DNA from: the human T2T-CHM13v2.0 reference genome, Homo sapiens
Assembly: GCF_009914755.1 (NCBI RefSeq)
Contig: NC_060926.1
Reading direction: 5' to 3' (one strand)
Length of the DNA stretch: 64,000 nt
Part shown: positions 1 to 13,300 of the stretch, in pieces
Layout: every line of letters begins with the position of its first letter
Position numbering within the stretch: the first letter of the stretch is position 1
Program-made: the position numbers and the translations under genes
The notes under the pieces: generated by a model
Told to the model about the DNA's origin: nothing
The model's database searches: none
The model's input: the letters and a program-made list of their open reading frames with translations, nothing else

Positions 1-398
1 TGAGCATGCTGCTACCAGCCTGTGTGGATGTCTGTGGTTTCACATGATACATTTTATTTTCTAAAGTCTACTGAATTTTATGGTTTTTTTTTCAAAAATA
101 GAAACTCATATTCTTTCCTTCTTAATTTAGTTTCTTTCAGGACATTCTCATGAGACTGGTGAAATATAACTGCGAAGTAGCATGATAACTGTGAAATAGC
201 ATGATCATTGTGAAAGCTATATGACCCAAAACTTCCATAGGAATAAGTGCAATGCTTGCATATCTGAAACCTGCTGTTACATCTCTTTGCACTTAATAAA
301 TATGTGTTGACTGATTCATTCTCCTGGGTGGTGCTGAGAAAGTAAAAATCATGGCTGATAAAAATTCTGTTTATGGTTTTGTCTAACTTATTTTTCAG

Positions 399-547
399 TT
401 GAGATATAGGCTACTCTTCCCAACTCAGTCTTGAAGAGTATCACCAACTGCCTCATGTGTGGTGACCTTCACTGTCGTATGCCAGTGACTCATCTGGAGT
501 AATCTCAACAACGAGTTACCAATACTTGCTCTTGATTGATAAACAGA
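399..547 (+). other. IL1RL1: IL1RL1 exon 2, 5' UTR portion
   Basis: Acceptor tttttcag ends at 398 and the exon continues to the ATG at 548. Confidence 0.85.
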
Positions 548-608
548 ATGGGGTTTTGGATCTTAGCAATTCTCACAATTCTCATGTATTCCACAGCAGC
601 AAAGTTTA
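548..608 (+). CDS. IL1RL1: IL1RL1 exon 2 coding part (signal peptide [20 protein letters not shown])
   Basis: ATG at 548; donor A|GTAAGT at 609; phase 1. Confidence 0.97.
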
Positions 609-3600
609 GTAAGTATTGCCTTCTAAGTATAATTTAAATTTTTATAAATTAAATAATTTCAAGAACATTTACCTTGTTTTAAGCAGTTTGCTTCCAGTTG
701 TTCCAGTTGAATTGTAAACTGAAAAATATATTGCTTTTGTACAATCATTTTTCATTACAAATCTATCAGAAGAAATTCTTTGTAATGAATATATCATCAG
801 TTTGGCTTTGCATATTCAAATGCAGCAGAATTTAATGTGGTGCCTGCACATGGGAAGTGTTGTGGATGTTTATTGACTGACACACAGTTTGTTTAGATAG
901 ATAAGGCTGCTTTTCCATTGGATAACTGTGGGGGATTTAGCTCCAAATTAATTCATTAACATTTCATAAGAGATCTTAACAGTTACTTATTCTTTCCCAA
1001 GGTATCACAGTATATGACCGGCTTCTAAATTTAATCCTAGAAGAAAATATTGAGAGTATAAGAATTATGATCTTTTCATTTGATCATTTCAGGATTGTCT
1101 TTATATCTTTTATTTGCAGGTAAACAATCATGGGGCCTGGAAAATGAGGCTTTAATTGTAAGATGTCCTAGACAAGGAAAACCTAGTTACACCGTGGATT
1201 GGTATTACTCACAAACAAACAAAAGTATTCCCACTCAGGAAAGAAATCGTGTGTTTGCCTCAGGCCAACTTCTGAAGTTTCTACCAGCTGCAGTTGCTGA
1301 TTCTGGTATTTATACCTGTATTGTCAGAAGGTATTATGCAGAAGGCTCCCATCTTCTTTCACCCTGCTCCCCTTTCTTCAGTGGTTGATTGCCTGAGCTG
1401 CCCTTGCTTTCATTCCTTCCCTAGTCCTTTCTGGAACAGTTAAATTTATAAAATGATTTGAATAAAAGTGATTTGGATAAACTTCTAGGAATACTATCAG
1501 GTTGAGGTCTAGCTCATTCTGAGCTATTTGGATTTACAGTTGCAGGGATTGATTTGTAGCTGACTTAGAGAAAAACCTAGCTTTCCTAGTGACCAAGATA
1601 ACTGAGAGCAATTGCTTACTTTTGGCTGGAATTAAGAACAAACTAGCACAGAAAATAGTAATCTGGATGTTTTCCATCTCAGGGGGCCTCTAGTAGGTGA
1701 AAAGGGGCTTCTAACCTTCAAGTTAAGCCACAGAAGGCTGATGAGATTGTGTGCCTAAAAATTAATTACTTTTGTTCACAAATTGTTAAATGTTTTGATT
1801 TTGTGGCTGTATTTGGCACACACAAAATGTCAAATGAATTAAATCAAAAAGCAGGATGTATTAGTTAAGGGCCTAGGTCTGAGACTAGACAAGTGTCAAA
1901 TTCATGCTCTGCCACTAGTTAACTGTGCGATGCCAGCAAGTTACTTCTCTGCCCTTCAGTTTCCTTCTCTGTAAAATGCATATAATGTAATAATATATTT
2001 CATCTCAAAGCATTATTGTGAAAATAAACTAAGGTAATGTGTGAAAAGTGCTCATCATCATCACTGGTACAGAGTAAACTCTGAATAAATAGTAATTATC
2101 TTTATTACACTGGGATTACAGCATTACAGCAGATGTAGTGTATGAATAAATGGTGAAGAAGTCATTGTTAGGGCTACTATGGGGGCTATGTTTTTAGCTC
2201 AAGTGTAACAAAAAAGTATTTAAACTCTAGATTTTAATGTTTATTTTTAAATAATAAAATAACCATTATGTATATTGATGGTTTTTAAGAAGAAAAGCAA
2301 TATTAAGTAAAGGCTGAATTTAGATTAAGTTATTTCACAATGCTAAGTGACTCTTTTAATTGTCTGACTTATTTTAACAGTCCCACATTCAATAGGACTG
2401 GATATGCGAATGTCACCATATATAAAAAACAATCAGATTGCAATGTTCCAGATTATTTGATGTATTCAACAGTATCTGGATCAGAAAAAAATTCCAAAAT
2501 TTATTGTCCTACCATTGACCTCTACAACTGGACAGCACCTCTTGAGTGGTTTAAGGTAAGAAGAAATTTGGAAGGAAATAGATGAAAATTACACAATTAA
2601 AATAGACACAAGTGGCCGGGCACAGTGGCTCATGCCTGTAATCCTAGCACTTTGGGAGGCCAAGGCAGGCAGATCACTTGAGGCCAGGAGTTTGAGACCA
2701 GCCTGGCCAACATGAGGAAACCCCATCTCTACTAAAAATATAAAAATCAGCTGGGTGTGGTGGCACACACCTGTAATCCCAGCAGCTTGGGAGGCTGAGG
2801 TATGAAAATCACTTGAACCTAGAAGGCAGAGGTTACAGCGAGCCCAGATTGCACCACTCACTCCAGCCTAGGCAACAAACATTCTGTCAACAGATAAATA
2901 AATAAAAGTGAAGAATTACTGAGAAGGAAATGGAATTTCTTATTTCAGAATTGTCAGGCTCTTCAAGGATCAAGGTACAGGGCGCACAAGTCATTTTTGG
3001 TCATTGATAATGTGATGACTGAGGACGCAGGTGATTACACCTGTAAATTTATACACAATGAAAATGGAGCCAATTATAGTGTGACGGCGACCAGGTCCTT
3101 CACGGTCAAGGGTAAGCTACTGACATTAATGAGATAGAATACTACGTGAAAGAAGTCGAAGTGGGAACAGCGGTGCCCTTCTGGTTGGGTTTCTTGCACT
3201 TCTCCCTCCTCCCTTTACTTCCTCCTGCTCCATCTTATCTTATACATTCTGAACTATGACGCAAAGAGGTTTTCTGAACACACTATCAAGATTTAAGAAA
3301 TTTCAGGGGGAAATTACATTACTAATTCAAAGCCACATCTGTTCTTTATTCTTTTTTTGTGACTTAATTTTCCAAAGATAAAGCAATCTGAATGCTAACT
3401 TAACTTACTTTTTTTGAATGGCAATACAACTATTTGGAGAGCAAAACCAGCTTTTTTTTTTTTTTTCTAGTTTGGTGTCAGAGTTTCTGCAAATTAAAAA
3501 AGAGCTTAATCTTTAGTAATACTCATTGGATTCAAAGTCTAATGAGAGGCTTTGTGATGGTATACTATGGTGTACATAAATGTTGTCGAGTGGTTTTTAA

Positions 3601-4327
3601 TCTTTGTTTGCAATACTTTCAACATCATCAATGGCCTTGAGTAAGTCACTTCATTCTAAAAATGTGTTTTCCAAGTTATTTTAAATTTTATAAAAGCTTA
3701 TTTAAGGGAAAGATTTCACAATCATAGCTTATCAATCTACAAAGGATTGGGGTCTCCTTAGCACAAGTCGATCTACAGACGTAGATGTAATAGCCCCTTT
3801 ACGTATGACAGTTTTTTCAGGGCAAAGCAATATTGGAGACAAATTTTTGGAGTTTTTCAATACTCCACCGCTGTAAAATAAGCATCACCAGACCACATTC
3901 CTATCAGTGCCTCTTTCTGTTTAATATCAACCCTTACAGTGGTCCTTAATCACACTGTCATTAAATAAATGAGCATGAAGGGATGGAGGATTGCAGCAGT
4001 GCTCCATAAGCACTGCCCGTCTTTCAGCCTTAGTGGTCACAGGAGTCAGAATTCCGTACGGGGAAGATTTCACTGAGGATGGGCCACCCTAGTGGAGAAC
4101 TGCGAGCAAATCTGTGGACTCATCCATTTATTATTTTCATGGGTCTTTTGAAATCTTCTCTGTAGTCTTATTCTTATTCTGTAGAAGAGTAGTTTTCTAA
4201 CAACTACTAGGTCATGTAATTAGTTTTATGGGTTGGATCTGCATTTGTTTAAGTGATATCAGAGAATAATGATATTAAAGAGCATCATAGGTAATAAAAG
4301 AAAGTTTTATTTAAGTGCCTTTCTGTT

Positions 4328-4370
<43 letters not shown>

Positions 4371-7300
4371 TCATTATGGGTTATTGTCAGAAGAACTTGA
4401 AAAACATTGCTATGAAATAGAATAGAAACATGAAAATACAAGCTTTATATTGACTAGCATTCAATGCTCTCCTAATATTTATATTTCTTTTTGTCTTTAA
4501 GATGAGCAAGGCTTTTCTCTGTTTCCAGTAATCGGAGCCCCTGCACAAAATGAAATAAAGGAAGTGGAAATTGGTAAGAAAATTTATCAGAATGCTGTAA
4601 ATATTGCCTGGAAAAATCCTTCCATATGACCCCTGTTCTGAATTCCCTTAGCAGGGGTCAGGCAATTAGCATAAGGAACCTTGAGGAGTAAGTGAGGTGA
4701 CATCCCTGAAAGCACCTGCCCCAAGCATTTGCTAATATTGGGAACAGGGACACAGCAATTGCAGTGTTTACATTTGTTTATTGTACTTTGTAATTCATGA
4801 TGCTTTCATGTATGCATCTAATTTCATCTTCATCTCTATCCCAGAGCTTGGGATGGAGACCTGCAGGGTGTTCATTCTGGGCAATGGTAGCCAGATCCGG
4901 TAAAACATGTTTATCTTCAAAGTAGCTTATGGAGAGATGAAGAGAGTTCTGTAGAAAGATGTGGAAGAGGGCAGTTGGAAAGAAACTCTAATTTCTAGTA
5001 GAGGGCAATCCTTTTACTAGAAATCCTTTGTAATGTGGGGTTGGTGAAGGCAGAATCATTGGCCTTGTTAGTTTCCCATGCAGATGAGAATATAGTGGGA
5101 GCTGAGCTTCAAACCCAGCTGGGTGAATGAAGGTAATGGAAGCAGGGAGGAGGCAAGAGAGGACATAGAAAGAGGAAGGTGCTAGAGATGAGGGAGGGAG
5201 GTCCTGGTGGGGTGCATACTAAGTGTTCAGTAAGGTTTTTTTTTTACATTAAATGGGATAAAATGCCAGTCGCAGAAGTTAATTTTATTGGTGAATGTCC
5301 TTACTCCCCTCTAGGAAAAAACGCAAACCTAACTTGCTCTGCTTGTTTTGGAAAAGGCACTCAGTTCTTGGCTGCCGTCCTGTGGCAGCTTAATGGAACA
5401 AAAATTACAGACTTTGGTGAACCAAGAATTCAACAAGAGGAAGGGCAAAATCAAAGGTATTTTTATATTGAAGAGAACCATCCTCTTCCCCTTGCACATG
5501 GTTTGCACCTGCAAAGTAGGCATTAAAAGTAACAGGTTGCTTTCTTAGTTTCAGCAATGGGCTGGCTTGTCTAGACATGGTTTTAAGAATAGCTGACGTG
5601 AAGGAAGAGGATTTATTGCTGCAGTACGACTGTCTGGCCCTGAATTTGCATGGCTTGAGAAGGCACACCGTAAGACTAAGTAGGAAAAATCCAAGTAAGG
5701 AGTGTTTCTGAGACTTTGATCACCTGAACTTTCTCTAGCAAGTGTAAGCAGAATGGAGTGTGGTTCCAAGAGATCCATCAAGACAATGGGAATGGCCTGT
5801 GCCATAAAATGTGCTTCTCTTCTTCGGGATGTTGTTTGCTGTCTGATCTTTGTAGACTGTTCCTGTTTGCTGGGAGCTTCTCTGCTGCTTAAATTGTTCG
5901 TCCTCCCCCACTCCCTCCTATCGTTGGTTTGTCTAGAACACTCAGCTGCTTCTTTGGTCATCCTTGTTTTCTAACTTTATGAACTCCCTCTGTGTCACTG
6001 TATGTGAAAGGAAATGCACCAACAACCGTAAACTGAACGTGTTCTTTTGTGCTCTTTTATAACTTGCATTACATGTTGTAAGCATGGTCCGTTCTATACC
6101 TTTTTCTGGTCATAATGAACACTCATTTTGTTAGCGAGGGTGGTAAAGTGAACAAAAAGGGGAAGTATCAAACTACTGCCATTTCAGTGAGAAAATCCTA
6201 GGTGCTACTTTATAATAAGACATTTGTTAGGCCATTCTTGCATTGATATAAAGAAATACCTGAGACTGGGTGATTTATATGAAAAGAGGTTTAATTGGCT
6301 CACAGTTCTGCAGGCTGTATGGGAAGCATGGCGGCATCTGCTTCTGGGGACACCTCAGGAGCTTTACTCATGGCAGAAGGCAAAGCAAAGGCAGGCACTT
6401 CACACAGTAAAAGCAGGAGCGAGAGAGAGGTGCCACACTGAAACAGCCAGATCTCATGAGAAGTCACTCACTATTGCAAGGACAGCATCAAAGAGATGGT
6501 GCTAAACCATTCATGATGAACTCACCCCCATGATCCAATCACCTCCCACCAGGCTCCACCTCGAATACTGGGGATTACCATTCAGCATGAGATTTGGGCA
6601 GGAACACAGACCCAAACCATACCACACACATTATCATTGTTAAACTTTGTAAAGTATTTAAGGTACATGGAACACACGGGAAGTCTGGTAGCTCAGCCCA
6701 TTTCTTTATTGCATCTGTTATTCACCATGTAATTCAGGTACCACGTATTCCAGGGAGCCTTTCTTGGCCCTCAGTTTGCAGTATACACACTTTCCAAGTA
6801 CTCTTGTAGCATCCTGTTTGTATCATAGCACTGGTCACATTGCCTTACCTAAATCTGTTTGACAGTCTGCTCAACACGACTGCAAGCTCCATGAGGGCAG
6901 GGACATCATCTCTTCCATCTTTGGGTCCTTAGTGCAATACCTGGCAGCTAGCCAGTGCTCAGCTAAATATTTGTTGACTGAATAAATGAATGCACAACCA
7001 AATTATTGATACCAAATGTTTTTTTTGTGTACATTTCTACTTCTCTAGCTATAAGTCTTAATTATACAACAAAATACTATTTTTATATTTATGTTTGGTA
7101 AATTCAATAACTTTCCTCATCATTTGGAAAGTCAAATTGTTTATTGCTTCCCTACAGTTTTTTCTGAATCTAGCAGGATTTTAATGATATCATTATAATT
7201 TGACACAATAAAAGGACAACATGAAACTGATGAATCTTTATTGGGTTAATTTCAGACACTATATAATCTTTTAAAAATGTAACATTCTTTTTTATATATA

Positions 7301-10300
7301 AATAATTGGTGGCATCACAAATAGCCAAAGCAGGGTGGAGAGAGTGATCCTTCCTGGGTGCAGGCAAGAAGGGGATATGTTTTCTACAGAGTTTTCAAAA
7401 CAGTGATAAAGCTGTCTACAAGTCATTGTGCTTTTTATCATCACTATGCCCAGACAATGTGAAACATCAGAGATGAAGTGCTCTTCCCACAGAGGTGGAC
7501 TGATCCTTCTCCCCACTCCCTTGGTGTGTCTCTGAATGCAATGTTGTCTTGGAAAACAGCTTTCCAAGCATTTCACTCCTGAGCACTTGCCAGTTTCCTC
7601 ACTTGTTCTTCACATATCCAGGCAAAGACATCCTGTTTGCTATATGAAGCATTGTATCCCGTATAAAAGGAAGGAAAGAGAGAAATATATTTTTACACTC
7701 ATCACTCCTCAGGGGCTGTACAATCATGTAGAAATTGTTTAATGTGCCTGTCAAATAGCCAAAGAGTGTTAAACCCTGAGTTCCCACCCATGTGTGTGGT
7801 ATGGTTAGGATTCATCCAGATACACAGAGAGAGGCACAACAGGAGGAGAAAGGATAGGGGTGTGGGGACAGCGGGCCCCCAATATGGTGTAATCGTGGCA
7901 GGTCTCTGCCTGAAGTGCTATGTGGGGTTTTTCTTGTTTTAATTTTGACTTTAACCCCTGATTTGTAAGTTTTTCATAAAATAAACAGAATCATAACTCA
8001 TGTAGATGGCTATAAGTGCCGTAGTGTTCTGTGGGTCTCTGGTGTCTGCCAGTGATAAGTGTGGCACCCCAGGAAGGCTGTGGACCCCATCAAGGTGCTA
8101 TGTGAGGGCCATGCTTGGGGTGGTGGTGGGCCCAGTAGACCCTGCAGCCATCCATCCAGCCTGCCCACTCACACTGCCCTTGTGTACTCCTGCTTTGCTA
8201 CGTTATCATTGATCAATGTCCCTGGTTACCTATGTGTTTGAATTATCTTCGTGTTACAGGTGTTTAATGATTTTGCTCCTTCTAGCTTATTTGTATTTCA
8301 CCTGTTTTTCTTTAAATCAACATGGTTACACTCTGTTTCAGCAACTGTATAAATTAAACACAAATTATTACTACTGCTATTGAGTTGTCATGATGAATTC
8401 TTTTTTATTTCTGAAATTATAGCATTTCTTGAATTTAAGAGAACAAAAACTTGAAAGGCCTATGTCTCCATTTTATTAACTATTACTAAATACATATTTG
8501 ATGCTCATAATAATAATACACATTTATTCATTATTTCCTATGTACAAGGACTCATCTGCTTATTTTACATTTAACTTTCTCATTTATTTTCTCAATACTT
8601 CAAAGTAAAAGACAAAGAAAGTTGAATAACTTGCGAAATACTACAGTTATGGAGCAAGGATTCAAACACAGCCAGCATTTTCCTAGCTATATGTGTATAC
8701 AGAAAGTAATGTTTTGTCATCACATACCTGAATTACTTATACTTTTATAAAATAATTCACACTTACGAAGACTTCCTCTGATGTCTTGGATCAACTTCTT
8801 TCCTCTACTTGGAAGCGTCCAGCCAATGGCATGGTTACTTCCCAGCAATCCCCACAGGAAGTACACATTCCTCTGTGCATCCAGCTGGGGATTTTAGAGA
8901 GAGAGTGACCTGGAAAGGAATCCTGTTGAAATGATTTACTTACGGAGTTTTCATTATTTAACCTGATGACAGTAAGCTCTTTGTCAATTTTCACTTTTTC
9001 CCCCCAATTTTGTGTCACATCACCTTGATAATTCTTGATTCCATACTGCTGGTCATTGAGAGAACTGATAAACTATTAGAGGTTGTGGAGGAATTCGTGA
9101 ATATGGGCCAGTGATTTTTCTACCTTAAAACTGGGAGCCCATGCATGGAGACTTAAGACGGAAAAGAACCGTATCAGCAAATCTCATTTGAGATTCTTCT
9201 CACATTCATCAGTGCATATGCATGTTGCATCTACATTTTGTGAAGCAAGGAGTACTAGGAAAAATTTCTGGGTTGGTTGAGTAATGTTCACCATGAGAGA
9301 AGTATGGGCTATGAGTAGGACCTAGAACTTAGTAATTTGACTTTTGAATTCTTTATCAAAGACGCTTTAGCCACTTAGGTGACTCTTGCTTCTTCTCCTA
9401 CCTCCCACACTGCTAAGCCCTTAGAGGCAACAAGTGTCTCAGACCCGTTGATGCCTTCTCCTTAATGCCCTGACAGCACCTTGTCCGTTCCTTTCTCATT
9501 ATTGCATGAGTTACAACCCTCTGCATCTTGCAACCCAAGTACCACACTCCATTCTTCTCTGAGTGCCCATAGTTTCTTTCCACAGAAACAAACTTTCTGC
9601 TACCATCAGATTAATCTCTTGGGAAAACCACTCAAGTCTCCAGTGCTCCTGTGACCTTCAGAATAAGGCAATCTGCCTTAGTTGGGGTTTCAAGTCTGGA
9701 CAGAACCTGGCCCTGACCAAACTTTCTAATCATATCTTCCACCAATTCCCCAAACTGGGTTATTCCATTTCCTCAGAAAACACACTTCCTCTCTGCACTT
9801 AGGCTTATGGTATTCTCTCTGCCCAGGTGGGCATTTCCTTTTTTGCATCTCCCTGAATCCTACTCATCTTTCAGAGGCCTCCTCCTCCTCCAGGAAGGCT
9901 CCCTTTCCCAGTCCTGCATGGAGCAAGCTCTCCTTCTAAACTCCTCTGCCAGCAAAAATCATGCTTTTGCCTCCCATCTTAGTTAAGTTGACAAGTGTCT
10001 CTCTGCCTCTTTTGCCTTTGAGAATGCCCTATAATGCTTAGCCTGATGTGTTGTAGAGGCTCAATAAATGTGACTGTCCTGGTACTTAAAGCAGCCATGA
10101 AAATTCCCAGTGGGTATATCTTATGTGAAATTCTTGTACTCCCAAGGGAAGCCAACATCCATGTATCAGTTTATTATATCTTGTTTCAGTAGTAATAATA
10201 ATCTTTTTCTTTCTTTTGAATAGTTGATCATCATAGCATCTACTGCATAATTGCAGTATGTAGTGTATTTTTAATGCTAATCAATGTCCTGGTTATCATC

Positions 10301-13300
10301 CTAAAAATGTTCTGGATTGAGGCCACTCTGCTCTGGAGAGACATAGCTAAACCTTACAAGACTAGGAATGGTAAGTGGCAAATACCAAGTTTTTCTCCCA
10401 AAGAAAAAGTCCCATAATAACTGTTGGTTACCTGTCTATTAATCTTTCAGTAGCTAGGCTGCTAAGCCCAGATTCCATTTTGCTTGCTAATCTGTTATCA
10501 GTGAGTTGTGTTTTTGGATTTTCTTAAAGGCCATTTTCCATCCTGCTATGTAAATCCTCACGGTCCTGAGATCCATCTCAACAGCTCACTTTTCTTCCCC
10601 GATAGGATTGCTATTCCTACTGAGTTCCCAATAACAGAATCTGCCCCAAGCCCAGAAAGGTGTAAATTTCATAATGTATCGGTAAGACATTATGAAGTTA
10701 AACACAGTAGCAAAATTGTTCCTGTTTTCCAGATGTGAGCAGGTTAGAAAGGTCCATCGGAATGCATGTGTGTTCTACCTGAAACCCTGATCTGTAAAGT
10801 CTAACCCAGGCACACAAGCATGTGCATGAAAGGAGTCAGTTCTGCCTGCTAGATGCAAACTTCATGCTTACATTTGGAGGCAGATACATGTTGCATTTTT
10901 CAAACAGTTGACTGAAGTAGGAGCTCATTGTTTGATCTGTGGAAAATTCAGATCCCTTAAAAAATTCTATGCCCTTGCTACTATTAGCTTTAAATTTTTT
11001 CACTTCCCCAGGGGAGTATGGGGAAACCAAAGATGAAACCAAAGTCTATTCAGCACAGAAGGCCCCCTTAGTCATAGATTATTAATCAAAATTGATGAGA
11101 TGGACAGGTTCTTGTCCACTTTTTTGTTATTTAGTCTGTGACAGTAAAAAGGAGAAACACTTTGGGATGAAGACTGTTATTTCCTGATAGTGTTTTGTGG
11201 CAGTGGTTTGACGTCAACATCTCTTGAGTCTAGAATATTTTGGAGGATGACATACATTCACCAACAGCCATAAAACTTGGAGAGGAATGTCTTCAAAGAG
11301 TCCAGTGAGAATTTTTAGAATCAAGTAAGAAGTTGTACTTCTTGTTTTCATTTTCAGATGGAAAGCTCTATGATGCTTATGTTGTCTACCCACGGAACTA
11401 CAAATCCAGTACAGATGGGGCCAGTCGTGTAGAGCACTTTGTTCACCAGATTCTGCCTGATGTTCTTGAAAATAAATGTGGCTATACCTTATGCATTTAT
11501 GGGAGAGATATGCTACCTGGAGAAGGTAAAGCTATTGACATACATTAGGGACAGAAATTCATGCTTATTAAAGGCTGTGAACTAGGTGGCCTTATCCCTG
11601 CATTGGATAATGAATTGCATTTACTACCACAGGCCTTAAGACCAGAACTTTAAATATTTATCCAGAAGCAGACACTTATCCTTCAATCGCCCCTCTCCCA
11701 TCATTGTCCTGGTGATGAGATCTTCACAGTAATGTTGGTGGTGTGAATTCAGAGTTAGAAGTCCTTTGCTTCAAGGACTTAGCAAACCATCATCCCTACT
11801 TTATTCCCTTGGTCCCCCACCAGGATAACTCTGCCACTTCTTAATTCTGTCCATAAGATTTGAAAGAGGACTTAAAAATTGATGAGTTTTGTTCTGGTAG
11901 CCATAGGCACTAGCTGAAATACCTTAAAAGTACTCAGAGAGTCTTCATGACTTTCTTTATGTTGGTGAAACATTTGCAAATTTATATTCTCACCAGAACA
12001 AAAAGAACTATAGCTTCTGTTCCTTAATATTCCTACCCAATTTTATATACTTTTGACAGTTTTATCACAACTCCTGTGTTTGCAGTAGTTATTTTTCCCT
12101 TCCCTTCATACATTTATGTCCAGTACCTGTGGACCCTCCTTGTGAACTCTTCTCTAATTTCTCACAGACCAGGAAGGGTTTGGAATATAACTGGGGCTCA
12201 GCTATCAAGGGCCTAAGCATAATAAAGTAAATGTTCAGTTTTACATTTTAAACTCATTTTACTAAGAAGAGGAATTCACATGCCTATAGATGTAAAGGTA
12301 TGAACAACAGGTGACTTTGGTTTACCCTGGAATATCTGGGAATGCTAATAGCCTCAATAACGGCTCAAGAGACTTGTGAAAGATACAATTTAGGAGAATC
12401 TAATGCATTTCTTCTCTCAAGGCTCTCTTCTTCCCCCATTTTCCCACTGGCCACCCATGCAGGTAGAAGTAATGAGTAATGCTCTCAAACACTCTTTTCA
12501 TATTACAAATGTACTCAAGAACCTGCAGGGACTCCTGTTGTTTGTGAGCTCAACAATGTGCCACATCTGGCCACAAGCTCTTCACCTCTTCTTTTTCAGT
12601 CTATCCACCTAAGTTCTAGTTACACTTCTCCTCAGCCAAACCCAGATGCTAGCTCTCTCACACTCAAGCTTGTGCTGCCTTCAATGTGTGACAACATACT
12701 AATCTGGAATGGTTTTCTACTTCCCTCTGTCAATGCATGTCCTCTGACCTTTCCTCAACCAAAATAAATGAAACCCAACAACACCAAACTTCACTCTTCA
12801 CTTAGGAAAGTTCATGACTGACTAAGGTACTGTCTATAGTCTCATGCAACTTACCTTGCATTTGCCCCATCAAAATCCTCTCTGCACCACCATTCCATCC
12901 AGTGGCCCTGGGTGGCTGATCATCATGGAATCCATTGCACCCTTGTCCTCTGCTCCAGGCTGGGTTTGGCCAATGGGAGGCACTGGCAGGAGGTCAGAGG
13001 GTGGTCATGTACCTGCCTCTCCACGTGGGGCTTCTGGAGCAGCTGTGCTTCTCCTTCTGGGAGCACCTCTTCTCAGCTGGCCTGCCTCATGCATCTGCAA
13101 TCCCTCAGACACCCGTCTGTGAGAATATCTTGGATTGTTTTATTCACGGTTGTGCTTTCTCCTGTTGCAGTGAGGACTGGGTATTTCATGTTCTTTCTGA
13201 GTCCACCCAGAGCTAATTGGAATCACCATGGTGTCTACGCTGTATAAATGCCAAATGGGAAAGGGGATCTATTGTCCCTTGAGATTTTTCTAGTTTGGAT

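Noticed and set aside
233-243. TTCCATAGGAA as a STAT site
   Set aside because: Spacer length (TTC-N5-GAA) fits neither the GAS (N3) nor the STAT6 (N4) consensus.
1-398. IL1RL1 promoter or first exon
   Set aside because: No convincing first exon with donor seen; the known exons 1a/1b should lie upstream of the window.
10371-11548. IL1RL1 intron 9 and intron 10 read-through tails ([22 protein letters not shown])
   Set aside because: Donors are reasonably strong and I found no convincing nearby intronic PAS, so there is no support for real isoforms.
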